Origin: Octopus bimaculoides
Taxonomy: Eukaryota
Reading direction: 5' to 3'
NCBI RefSeq assembly: GCF_001194135.2
Contig: NC_068988.1
Location: 1,598,376-1,662,112 of the forward strand
DNA: 63,737 nt
The translations under genes and the position numbers were made by a program. Below the pieces are notes generated by a model that was not told the DNA's origin, did not search any database, and saw only the letters and a program-made list of their open reading frames with translations. This document shows positions 1-11,529 of the stretch, piece by piece (position 1 is the stretch's first letter; every line of letters begins with the position of its first letter).

Positions 1-2216
1 GGTCGACATAAGGCAGGCTCTCTTTCTCCCATTCATTCTCTTTATTAAGCAATCTATCGTAGTGGCATCTCCAGACCTCTTTCTTTGCATCCTCATTTAA
101 TGCAAGCGTACCATCATCCATGCGAACACATTTCTCTCCTACAACATCACTATTCTCTCTCCTACACTGTCTTGCAACACGAAATACCTTGAGTCTTTGG
201 TCCTCACGGCGCAGAACATTGGCAAATCTTTCCTTATCTGCTTCCCCTCTGGCTAAATATACACATATATACAATCGGTGTTGGTGTGTTCAAATCCCTG
301 TAACCTAGCAGTTCAGCAACAGAGACCAATACAATATGTACCAGGCTTTACACAAAAATAATAAATACTGGCATTGATTTATTTGACTAAAACCTTTTCA
401 AGGCAGTTCCCCAGCATGGCCACAGTCTAACGACTGAAATCGAGTAAAAGATGAATACATCTATAGATATTGGTAGTGGCGGACATTATGATGTTGTGAC
501 ATGTATAGGTAAAGGTAAAGTTACCTGTTTGAGTGATGCCAAGTCTTAAGGGCTGTCTTCCCAATTTTCATGGCATATATGCATTCTCCACCTGGACAGG
601 ACACCAGTCCCTCGCAGGATGACTCCTTTTTGCCAGCTGAGTGGACTGGAGCAATGAGAAAGTGTTTTGCTCAAGAGCACAATGCAGTGCCTGATCTGGG
701 AATCGAGACCATAATCTTACGATTGGGAGTCGAACACCCTAACCACTGAGCCATGTGCCTCCCACTATGTATAGAGACACCCAAGAGTTAATCTTCTCCT
801 TTGTGGTAGCTGTATAGATATTTCGATGCCTGCTTGCTTATGCTTAGGATGGCAGCATTGATCCAAGACAGTCATCATCAAAGGAGCAGATATGGCTTAT
901 TTATTTACATTGTTTTGAATTAATCATGCATTATCTTGGAGCTTTGAGATTTTGCAGATGTAATTCTTTACTTTTTTAATGACTTAGTAGGGTAGGTATG
1001 AAAGGTCAGATCTGGCCAGTTTGAATATAAAACAGGTTAAATGTTAAACAATGATGATGATGATGATGATGATGATATGTGATAATTTCTGCCATCATTG
1101 TGTCTTTCATAACAAATAATACCTGAACTTGCTGGTCCTCACAAGAATTGTGTGGCCCTTAGCATTTAAAACTCTCAATCTGCCCTTCATATACAATACT
1201 AAGACAAGTAATGAATTTCTATGTTATTGTCTCTCACTCGAAGAAGTCTAAGACACACCAGTATCAGTTGATGAAACAACTGGGATTTTATTTAATTGAA
1301 GGGCAAAGATGGACCTCAGTGAGATTCGAATGTAAAGGACCAGAACAAAATACTGCAAGGCATTTTAGCGGATGTTCTGTTTGTGCCAATCAACTGCCAT
1401 GGATCCAATCCAGTTGGTTAGCACTACAGATTATTTTAAAATTAAAACCTCTCTGGCCCTGACCACCACTAAAGATAAATTAGATCCAGTTTTAATCCAT
1501 ATTCATTCATTTACTACTTGTCCTAACAACATGCTCTTTATAGGGAGTTCTAAGTGAGACCAAATTTTCTTTTACATAATTCAATTTGTCTGCTATATTC
1601 TTGAACCCAGTTGAAACTTGGTATTATTTGGTGTGAACCACCTCTGTTGAAGGAGATTCTATGTGGTTACACTGCTAGAAATAGCAACTAAATCTCCTTC
1701 ATCACACCCTGCTATCTTAAAAAAAGGTAATGTTTGACAATATAGTCTTAGATCTGATAAAACAAAGAAAAATAGATATGCTGGTCACATTCGGAAGGTT
1801 TTTGATTGTTGGTCTGCTCTGTCATGGCTAACCTGGGGCTAAAGAACACATCATTTGCAGATGACTATATTTTGGTTGTGCTAATAGTGTTTCAACACAG
1901 GAATGACAGAAACCCAGAAGATACAGCAATGCATTGCACAGCCAGAATATAGTCATCTGCAAATGTTGTGTTCTTTGGTGCTGTATTGGCCTTGACAGAG
2001 AATACCCAGAACCAAAAGTTTTGCAGCTGTGACCACCATACCTATCTGTGTCTGTCTGTCTGTCTCTCTCTATATATATATACACACACACACTAAAGTT
2101 CACACAAAGGATATAGTAAAAGACCAGTTTTTGTTTTGTTTTTCTTTTCCCAGAAAGTAATTTTAATGTCAGTTTGATTCTTTGGTTAATTCTTTTATTG
2201 ATTTTACCATTTCCAG

Positions 2217-2270
2217 AAGGTAGTGGCAGTGAAGATGAAAGTAGTGCTCTGGGGACTTTGGCTGCCTCAG
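2217..2270 (+). CDS. Dyb: Dystrobrevin-like gene, internal coding exon (54 nt, phase 1-1): (E)GSGSEDESSALGTLAAS(G)
   Basis: Pyrimidine tract plus ttccag acceptor ending at 2216; donor CAG|gtgagt at 2271; open frame; phase joins the next exon. EGSGSEDES resembles the (KELNS)EVGSETES segment of vertebrate alpha-dystrobrevin as I recall it. Upstream exons lie before the window. Confidence 0.75.
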
Positions 2271-2687
2271 GTGAGTTTTTTTTCTTCTTTCCTGTGTCTC
2301 TTTATATAAAAGACCAAGTCACATGTCTTTACTTTTCTTTTTCTGCTGTTTCTACCATGCTAATGAGAGTCTGAAATACAGAGGCTATCAGGTGACAAAG
2401 GCTGTGTAACAGCCAATGTAGAGAGAAATAGAGGTGACAGTGAGTGAATTAAAATGAAAGTGAGTTGGAGTAAGAGGTTGTCTGCTGGTCACAGTGGCAG
2501 ACAGACGGACAGACAGAGACAGAGTGACATTCAACAAGTAACCACGTTTCAAAACAACCAATCAGAATGTAAAGGTGAATCAGAGAATGGCATCTATGGT
2601 TCAGTTCAGTTGCCAATTTGGTGCTTGTCTTGAAATTACAGAGATCAAGGAAACAAGCCCTTTTGCAAAGAATATATTTGCCATTAA

Positions 2688-3636
2688 CCCTTTCGTTACT
2701 AACCCGGCCGAGTGTACCCATTGTTATTTAAATGTATATTTGAACCCAAATTTCGTTAGTACATTCGTTAAAACACCTGATTTCACTTTGCAAACGGTTG
2801 AGTTATTGTCTCTGACATTAATTGGCGTGATATTTGAACTCTGAATTTTGGAAGATTTTTTTCCACATTTTTTGCAGCGTTAATTTTTTTCAACTTTGAA
2901 GATGGAGAGGAGTTTCATGCTATCAAGCAGTGATTCCGAATTTGAAGGTTTTTCAACAGAAGATATGGAGATATCGAAGAAAAGAATGAATGAGCTACAA
3001 AAGCATGTGGTGAACGATAAGGAATCGGATATTTCTGGATCCGAAACCGAAATCAGCGATTCTGAAAGCGGCGACGGNNNNNNNNNNNNNNNNNNNNNNN
3101 NNNNNNNNNNNNNNNNNNNNNNNNNNNNNNNNNNNNNNNNNNNNNNNNNNNNNNNNNNNNNNNNNNNNNNNNNNNNNNNNNNNNNNNNNNNNNNNNNNNN
3201 NNNNNNNNNNNNNNNNNNNNNNNNNNNNNNNNNNNNNNNNNNNNNNNNNNNNNNNNNNNNNNNNNNNNNNNNNNNNTATTATTATGGGTATTAGACAGTT
3301 ACCCAGAATAACAAATTACTGGAGCAATCAGGAACCTTTTGGCGATGAATATATTTCCAGTATTATGAACGAGTACGATTCGTGAAGCTGAACCAATATT
3401 TACATGTGAGAGACACTAGCAGTACCCCAGTACGTGGAGAACTTTCAGACAAAAATTATGCAATAAAATTGATTAAGAACCCTTTCTTTAATTATGTTCC
3501 AAATATCACATTAATATGTTGATAAATAAAAAAGTTACAGGTGTTTAATGAGACTAGTCTAAATTCATGATTATTTTAGAATTTAATTGAAACTCATGAG
3601 GGGTGTATTTTGGCCAGAAATATAGTAACGAAAGGG
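2688..3636 (+). mobile_element. Internally deleted piggyBac DNA transposon in a dystrobrevin intron
   Basis: Perfect 14-bp TIRs CCCTTTCGTTACTA (2688-2701) and TAGTAACGAAAGGG (3623-3636), each flanked by TTAA. Acidic N-terminal ORF MERSFMLSSSDSEFEGF...; after the N gap a frameshifted IMGIRQLPRITNYWS...RFVKLNQYLHVRD motif typical of piggyBac transposase. Confidence 0.9.
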
Positions 3637-3695
3637 TTAAGGAATTATTACATTGTTTTTGCACTAAAAATTATGCTTATGTAATTCAATTTTAT

Positions 3696-4335
3696 AGGTG
3701 CAGGCATGGCTGTGTGGTAATAGAAGTTTGTTTTCCAACCATATGGTTTCAGGTTCTGTCCTACTGCATGGCACCTTGAGCAAGTATCTTCTAGAGCCTT
3801 GGGCCAACTAAATCATTGATTAGATTTGGTAGACGGAAATCGAAAGAACTCAACATCTATGCATGTATATATATATATCTTGTGGGTATTTGGTGACCTT
3901 GCTGGTGTCATGTAAAAAGCACCCACAACCCTATGTGAAGTGGTTGGCATTAGGAAAGGCATTCAGCTGTAGAAACCATACCAAAACAGACATTGAATCT
4001 GGCAGAGCCTTCTGGTTCATCTGTTCTTGTGAAACTGTCCAACCCATGCCAGCATAGAAAAAAAGAACATTAAGTGGTGATGATGATGATGTGTGTATTT
4101 GTGTCTCCTTGTCTTCACATCAGCTGATGACTGTCATTGAATGTCACTATTGTACACGTTGAGTTATTTATTTCAAGTCTTTCATGAAAAACATGTCCAG
4201 CCAAGGGAAAACATTACTTGGAAACAATCGAGGATTGTAGGCAGGAAAGGCACCCAGCTGCAGCAAATCTGCCTCAATGAATTTTCCTCTGACCCATGCA
4301 GGTATGGGAAAGCAGACATGATGATGATGATGATG
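3696..4335 (+). mobile_element. tRNA-headed SINE (family A head) with an RTE-derived (GAT)n tail
   Basis: Head GGCATGGCTGTGTGGTAA...GGTTC..TCC with A/B-box-like motifs, then sequence shared with the RTE 3' UTR at 27250-27425, ending in (GAT)n. Confidence 0.7.
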
Positions 4336-4475
4336 GTAATTGTTAATCATTTAGTTTAATTGAAAGTTTTTACTTGTTTTTCTTTGGTTCAATGAATAAT
4401 ATTTACCAAACAAGTTTTTGGCACCATAGACTAAACCTATTTAATATTCTGTCAATGAATGCTTCCATTTTGAAG

Positions 4476-4653
4476 GCAATTTGGATATCGAGGCCTATTA
4501 CCCCACCCAGACATCAGACGATGTTGATGGGTGGCGAGATGAGGTGAAACGGCGGCTAGACCAAGAGTCAGAATTCTTGGCACAGTTGAGGGCAAGGCGC
4601 CAGAAAGGTAGCAACAGCAGCAGTCGAAACCAAAGTGATTCAGAGACAGATCC
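4476..4653 (+). CDS. Dyb: Dystrobrevin-like gene, internal coding exon (178 nt, phase 1-2): (G)NLDIEAYYPTQTSDDVDGWRDEVKRRLDQESEFLAQLRARRQKGSNSSSRNQSDSETD(P)
   Basis: Acceptor ccattttgaag|, donor CC|gtgagt at 4654, open frame. ESEFLAQLRARR resembles EKAFLAQIHARK of human alpha-dystrobrevin (recalled, not aligned by tool). Confidence 0.8.
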
Positions 4654-4944
4654 GTGAGTGTTGTTCTTCCTGTTGTTGTTGTTGTTGTTGCAGGGAATAA
4701 AAACCTGATGATTAACTGATAAATATCTCCCTTTTATTGTTGTTTTGTTCTCTTGCAAAAAGAAGGATAGAACCGTTGTCATAGCAACTGTTCTCACCAT
4801 AGTTGTTTTGCTGTTTGCTAGTGTTGTTGGTAACTAGTGAGAAATATTGATATTTTAGTAACTATTGTTATACTAAAATGTTACCCATCATACGATAGGC
4901 AAGTTTGGAAGGATAATTCAACATATTATTATTATTATTATTAT

Positions 4945-5345
4945 TAAGGTAGCAAGATGGCAGAATCGTTAACATTCTGGGCAAAATGCTTAGCAGCGTT
5001 TTCATCCATCTTGATATTCTGAGTTCAAATTCTGCCAAGGTTGATTTTGCCTTTTATCCTTTCAGGGCTGATAACATAAGTACCAGTTGAGGACTGGGGG
5101 TTGATATAATTCACTTACTCCCTGCCCCGAAATTTCTGGCCTTGTAGCAAAATCTGAAACCATTATTATTATTATTATTACTATTATTAAGGTGGTGAGC
5201 TGGCAGAATCGATTGTATGCCGGGCAAAATGCTTAGCAGTATTTCGTCTGTCTTCAGGTTCTGAATTCAAATGCCACCAGAGTCAACTCTACCATTTATC
5301 CTTTCAGGATCAATAAATTAAGTACCAGTTGAAAACTGGGGTCAA
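4945..5345 (+). mobile_element. Tandem pair of SINE family B copies separated by (TTA)n
   Basis: TGGCAGAATCG...AAATGCTTAGC...GAGTTCAAATTC..C...GACTTTGCCTTTCATCCTTTC..GGTC.ATAAA...AGTACCAGTTG unit repeated twice; A/B-box-like head. Confidence 0.8.
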
Positions 5346-6004
5346 TATTGTAGCATACACTCAAATGAAATTTCTCTCCCTTTTATTATACATACATTCG
5401 AACGTAGCAAGTAACAGCTAGCTTTTGGCTGCTATTTGAGCCCTGTTATGTCCACTACTCTGATTGGTTGGTATTGATGCAACAGAGTAAGAGACAAATA
5501 GTGCCAATACCAACCAATCGGAGTAGTGGACACAACGGGGTCCAAATAGCAAGGTTATTGTAATCACTTGTCTGTCTGTGTGTTTGCAAAATTAATGGAT
5601 AAAGGCTGAATGGATTTTCACCAAACTTGGCAGAAATACTCACTGGGTGTGTGGCTGGAAATGATGAAAATTTGCTTTGATTATCTTTAAACATACAGAA
5701 ATACATACATAGATATGCAACTCTGTGTGTGTGTAGTGGTGGATTTGAGGGGGTTTGTTTATTTATGAGTTGATTTCTTAATTTTACCAGAGTATAAATA
5801 CCTTGAACTTACAAATTGTGTGTGTGTGTGTATAGCATCCCTTTATTCATTGCCTGCCACCAAATCTAGTATGTGCACTTGATGCACAGATCCTGCATTT
5901 TTTTGTGTTAACACTATGCGATTTTAAGTGTGACTAGAGAAACCAACCAACCAATCAACATTTACATCAGCTATTACTATATAGAGTGTTTTTATTATTA
6001 TTAT

Positions 6005-6425
6005 GTAAGCAAGCTGGCAGAATCATTAGTCCACTGGGCAAAATGCTTTCTGGCATTTTGTCCATCTTTATGTTCTGAGTTCGAATTCCACCGAGGTTGA
6101 CTTTGCCCTTCATCCTTTCAGGGTCAACAAAATAAGTACCAGTTGAATACTGGGGTTGACATTATCAACTTATTCCCTTCTTTGAAATTGCTGGCCTTGT
6201 GTCAAAATTTGAAACCATTATTATTAAGGTAGCAAACCGGCAGAATTCTTGGCATTTTGCCCATCCATACATTCTGAGTTTAAATTCCACCAAGAATGAT
6301 TTTTACCTTTCATCCTTTTGGGGTTGATAAAATAAATACCAGTTGAATAATGGGTCAATGTAATCAGCTGTCCAACCCCCCGCTCCAAATTTCAGGCCTT
6401 GTGCCCATAGCAGGAAGGATGATCA
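6005..6425 (+). mobile_element. Tandem pair of SINE family B copies
   Basis: Same unit repeated twice with a (TTA)n spacer. Confidence 0.8.
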
Positions 6426-6772
6426 TAATTATATAGAGATTAATAGTGAAGGTGTGTGACCGAATGGTTAGAGTGTTAGTCTCACAATTGTAAGGCTGTG
6501 GGTTCAATTCCACGACTGGCACTTCATTTCACATTACTCCAGTTTTCTCAGCTAAAAATGTATGCCAGCCTCTTTCATTCTCTCTTCCTCCACCTTTCCC
6601 ATCCTGGATGTTCCGCAGGACCAAGGGAGAGGTGGGGTGTCATCATCTGCTCATGACTACACAGGCACCCAAAACAATGAGGCATGGTACAAATGATCAG
6701 GGGTCACACCCACCTGTGGCCAAAATGTTTATTGTTACTTTGCTGTTGTCATGACAACTTTTCATATTTTGT

Positions 6773-7068
6773 GAGGACACATGGCTTAGTGGTTAGGGTA
6801 TTCAGCTCATGATCGTAAGTTCAATTCCCAGTGACACCTTGTGTCCTTGAGCAAGACACTTTATTTCACCCTGCTCCAGTGGCAAAAATGAGTTGTACCA
6901 GTGATTCAAAGTGAGCAGCCATGTCACTGTGTCCTACTGAATCTACATGGAGGGTATGCACGTCTGTAGGTTACTCAGCCACTTGCATGTTAATTATTTC
7001 ATGTGTAGGCGGCTCTGTCGACCAGATCAAACTGGGACACTCTTTGTCATAAATTATGGGGTGCCAGT
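6773..7068 (+). mobile_element. SINE family D copy
   Basis: tRNA-like head TGGCTTAGTGGTTAGGG...TTCAATTCCC, then GTGTCCTTGAGCAAGACACTTT and ...CTCAGCCACTTGCA.GTTAAT. Related copies at about 600-770 (-), 6450-6570, 44723-44975 (+) and 59750-60122 (-). Confidence 0.75.
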
Positions 7069-8262
7069 TTTTTGGGGTCTACTGCTAGTGTCATAGCAAC
7101 CATTGCACTAACTGTTAACCTGATAACTACCACAACATTGCTGTAGTTTGTACAATAGTTGCTGCCTGAGCTACATTGTCACCATGGAAACTGTTAAGAG
7201 AGATGTTGTCACGTACTGATACTATACTAACTCATTATATCATTCATAATAGTTGCTATGAAAATGGTTGTTATGGAAACTGAGCACTAATTGTTGCTGT
7301 GAATAAATATTGTCCAATTTTGCAAGAGTAATTATGTTCATAATGAACAAAGTGGTAGGCAGGTGGATAGGTATGCGGGTGGGCGTGTCAGTAGGTTGGC
7401 AGATAAATAAGTAGAAGGTATAGTGGGGCACACATACAGTTCTGGGTTCAGTTCCACTGCATGGCATCTTAGGTAAGTGTCTCCTATTATACCCTGAGCC
7501 AATATCTTCCGTGTGGATTTAAGACACAGAAACTGAAAGAAGCCTGGTGTATGTATGTGTGTTTTTATATCCATATGAAAAGAATTGATGCATAAACAAT
7601 TAAAAATAGAAATCCCCAGTAATTAAGGGCTCAACAACAGATTGTTAAACTCCAAGATGTTATAATTTTGTAGTAAATCCTTGTGGAAAAAACTAGCATG
7701 GATATAAAGAATCAGCTGAAATGATCCTTACAAGCAGCATATCAAAATGGTGTGTGTGTATATCATCATCAGTTAACGTCCATTTTCCATTCTGGCATGG
7801 ACTGGACGGTTCGACAGGTCTGGAGAGCCAGAAGGCTGCACCAGGCTCCAATCTGATCTAGCAATGTTTCTACATCTGGATGTCCTTCCTAATGCCAACC
7901 ACTCCGAGAATGTAGTGGGTGCTTTTTACATGCCATCGGCACAGGAGCCAGTCAAGGGGAACTGGCATTGGCCACGTTCGGATAGTACTTTATATGTGCC
8001 ACTGGCACAGGAGCCAGTCAAGGAGTACTGGCATCAGCCACATTTGGATGGTGCTTTTTACATGCCACTGGCAAGGGGCATCTGTGTGTTTACGCCTGGG
8101 GCCCACAGTTGAGAACCACTAGTCTAAATACCCCACTCCACCTTATAGTGGGATCAAACCAAAAATTCATAACATAACTGCTCACTACCTTAGCCATTAC
8201 TCTGCTATCCTAAATGTGCTTTCTGTTATATTTCTCTCTCATGCTCGGTCTTTCCCCTTCAG

Positions 8263-8416
8263 ATACATTCCCGATGACTGTGAATCTTATGGCCGTACAG
8301 AAGATGAAGCAAGTGTCCTTGTCACAGATGATGGTGAGTCCTATATCGGGACCAACGATGGCAGCCGTGCCCTTACAGACGACGATGATTCAGAACTCTA
8401 TGATAATCATCCAAAA
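8263..8416 (+). CDS. Dyb: Dystrobrevin-like gene, internal coding exon (154 nt, phase 2-0): (P)YIPDDCESYGRTEDEASVLVTDDGESYIGTNDGSRALTDDDDSELYDNHPK
   Basis: Acceptor ctttccccttcag|, donor AAA|gtaagt at 8417; phase 2 matches the previous exon. ETDPYIPDDCESY resembles DADPYVQPEDENY of alpha-dystrobrevin. Confidence 0.8.
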
Positions 8417-8537
8417 GTAAGTAAAATCTTTCCTATTCTCTATTTGATTACATTTTTCAGTTTTGCTGGTCGTAAAATTCCGTGTGGAGTTTCTTTCTGG
8501 TCTTTTTATTGTTTTTAGATAAACTCTTTCATGTTTG

Positions 8538-8791
8538 GAGTAAAGATTATTTGCCAACATAACATGGAAGTCCTGGTTTAGGACGAATGTTGCTGTAATT
8601 TAGCCCCAGGAAACATCGTCTCCAGCTGGCTATATGACACGATCTATGTCCTTATATTTTTGAACAAGGAAAAATATAAGGACACATCATGTCATATAGC
8701 CAGCTGGAGACGATGTCCCCTGGGGCTAAATTACAGCAACATTCGTCCTAAACCAGGACTTCCATGTCATGTTGGCAAACAATCTTTACTC
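8538..8791. repeat. Foldback inverted repeat (arms 8538-8661 and 8670-8791, 8-nt loop), MITE-like
   Basis: The arms are reverse complements over ~123 nt, with five substitutions and one small indel region near the loop. Confidence 0.9.
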
Positions 8792-9672
8792 TAAAGTACT
8801 GTTGCTGAATATCTCTCGTGAGATTTACAAATAGTAATTTTCTTTCATGTTTGTTGATTCCTTAATTGTAGTCTTTTGGCTCCATTCCTCTCTCTGCCGA
8901 ACCCTTTCTGTGTTTTTATGTTGAGAAAAGAGGACGTAAGAAGTGATTAACATGATTAGAAGAGAATGGAATGACAGTCTTGTTGCAATGAGAGAGAGAG
9001 AGAGAGAGTAAAGGCAAGTAAGCAGGAGAGAGAAGGATAAGAGACTGAGTTGGAGAGAGAGAGAGAGAAAAGAGACTGAGTTGGAGAGAGAAGGAGAAAA
9101 GAGCAATAAAAACGTAGTGATGAAATTAATTAGAGGATTATTTTATTGTTCAAATTGTAACAACGAAGTAAGCAGCAGACATTGAGATGGTCTATTGTTT
9201 GTCTTTGGTAGCCATTGAAGACCACCAACTATTGTTTGTGTCATAAGAGAGCAACTACAGGTGTTTGTATTCATTGTATGATAACAATGTGTGTGTCTGC
9301 TGTGTTGCCCTCAAGTAATGTGTACCTAACAGACTTGCTTTAATAGCTACTCACTCATCGTCTGATTATCAAAGGCTCTCACACTTATAATCATACAACA
9401 CGCACACACACAAGCTACACATTCTCCACTGTTATATTTTATTGATTAAGTATACTGTTGAAGACAGACTACTAATAATAGTGATGTAGATTTAAAACAA
9501 TCCGTTTCTAACCATCTCATGAAAGAGCAGGTTTAGCAATTATTCAGTTCTGGTCAACACTGTTCTTATCTCAGTATTTTTAATATCCTCAATAAAATTT
9601 TCCTGTCTTCATTGGTTGGAATTAGTTCAAAGTAATATTCAGTTACATAGGAGCTTGATTAACACCCCTTAA

Positions 9673-9889
9673 CCCTTTAGCATTTAAACTGGCCAAATCC
9701 AGCCCCAAATATTCTGTCTGTTTTGTGTCCAAACTAACCAGATCTAGCTTTTCACACCTACCCTACAATGTCATTCTAAAAATAGTCACTTCATTGACAT
9801 CTCATAGCTACAATATAATGCCAGATTAATTTAAAACAATGTGAATAAAGAAGCATTATGTTTGACAGAGAAATCTGAACGCTAAAGGG
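9673..9889 (+). mobile_element. piggyBac-type MITE (~217 bp)
   Basis: TTAA|CCCTTTAGC at the left end and GCTAAAGGG|TTCA at the right end; a degenerate reverse copy of the interior lies at about 890-1045. Confidence 0.65.
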
Positions 9890-9970
9890 TTCACTTTCAT
9901 TTGACTGCATCAAACAAAATAACAGATGTGTGCCCCAGTTATCATCTCTGTCCTTGTATACTTCAGTCAG

Positions 9971-10035
9971 GAAACCTTCTCAGCTTCAAGAATGCCATCT
10001 TATAAACCAACATCAATTTATAAGTCGTATATAAG
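9971..10035 (+). CDS. Candidate alternative exon of the dystrobrevin-like gene (65 nt, phase 0-2): ETFSASRMPSYKPTSIYKSYI(R)
   Basis: Pyrimidine-rich acceptor ctctgtccttgtatacttcagtcag|, donor AAG|gtatga at 10036, open in the frame needed after exon 8263-8416. No homology support. Confidence 0.3.
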
Positions 10036-10172
10036 GTATGATATTGAAGTATATCTTACCAGATAGTTATATAATAGAGTTCAGTATCACATGATGTAAC
10101 ATGGGTGTATGATGAAGCTTATTTCTAATATAGAAGTTGAATTCTCATTTCTATGTTTATATACTCTGCCAG

Positions 10173-10218
10173 GAAACCATCCAAGCTTGGCACTCTGCCA
10201 TTAAACAGTTCTGTGATG
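10173..10218 (+). CDS. Candidate alternative exon (46 nt, phase 2-0): (R)KPSKLGTLPLNSSVM
   Basis: Acceptor tttctatgtttatatactctgccag|; weak donor ATG|gtgtat. With 9971-10035 it totals 111 nt and restores frame into the terminal exon. Confidence 0.22.
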
Positions 10219-11119
10219 GTGTATTTGACTTCCACCATAAAAGTCTTAACTTCTGTCAAATGCTTCAGGGTTCTCTTCTTCTTCTCTCATTGATTGAAGA
10301 CATCAAAGTATAAAATGATATTGGACTATTCTGTCCGCAGTTTGACATCGACCACGTTTTTTATTGGATATTGAAATGGGAAAGATACTATTAGACCTAG
10401 CATTGCATCTCTCTCCTCTCACCACACACATGGCGTGTGTGTGTGTGTACATGTAAAATTGTCAGATAATTGGACATATTTTAGCTCTCTCTCTCTCTCT
10501 CCCTCTACACACACACACATACATGTGTGTGTATGTATATTAATGTTTGCTTTTATGTAAAATTTTAAACACTCTCTCACACCAGGTCCCTGATTAACAA
10601 CTTATGACTAATGTTTGATATGTTGTGCTACATACTGAATTACTATGAAATAGTAAATTATAATAAGATTTACTCATTTAGCTTCATAATTAAATATTGG
10701 TCATTATAAGTTTATACTAAGAAAAAAAAACAAATAATATTTTTCCCAACTGTATTTAATTAGTTTCTGAATTATTCTGTCTCATTAGTGAGTAATTTAA
10801 TAATGGTTTCCATTAATTAGAGACAAACACCTATCTATAAGCTGAACGCAATATTTTAGTGTATTATAAGTTTACACCTTACAATTATCTAAGCTAATTT
10901 TAATTAATCATTGAGAAATTAGATTTCAATGTTATTGATTTCTAATGTTGGCACAAGTTTAAAGCTTTCTCTGTGCAGTATGGGTGATAGTATAGTGGTG
11001 GGGAGAAGCAAAGTAGTCAACTGAATTTAATCCTGTTTTGACCATGTAAGGATTTGAACCTAGAACTCTAGATACAAAATTGAAAACTGTCATGAATTCG
11101 CTCATTTTTTAGCATTCCT

Positions 11120-11505
11120 TTGTTTTTATCTTTCACTTGTTTCAGTCATCAGATTGCGACCAGGCTGGGGCACTGTCTTGAAGAATCTTTAGTCAAATGA
11201 ATCAATCCCAGCACTTTGTTTTTTTAAAGCCTGGTGTTTATTCTATCAGTCTCTTTTTGCTGAACTGCTAAGTTATAGACATAAAAAGCAGTTGTAAAGT
11301 GGTGGTGGGGGACAAACACAGATGTGTGTGTGTATATATATATATATATGCGTGTATGTATGATATTTCCTCTACCAGATCCACAAGACTGATCTATCTT
11401 AGGCTATAGTAGAAGACACTTGCCCCAGGTGCCAAGCAGTGGGACTGAACCCTAAACCATGCAGTTGGGAAGCAAGCTTCTTACCACACAGCCATACTTA
11501 CACCT
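11120..11505 (-). mobile_element. SINE family A copy
   Basis: Reverse complement of the GGCTGTGTGGTAAGAAGCTTGCTTCCCAAC...GGTTCAGTCCCACTG...GGCACCTGGGGCAAGTGTCTTCTACTATAGCC head, plus internal microsatellite and 3' module. Confidence 0.8.
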
Positions 11506-11529
11506 GTTGGTCTTGAAGAATATTTAACA

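Noticed and set aside
1-2216. Search for the upstream dystrobrevin exon (expected …SSLVKELNS)
   Set aside because: No such coding segment with splice sites was found; the region consists of SINE and MITE fragments, so the exon probably lies before the window.
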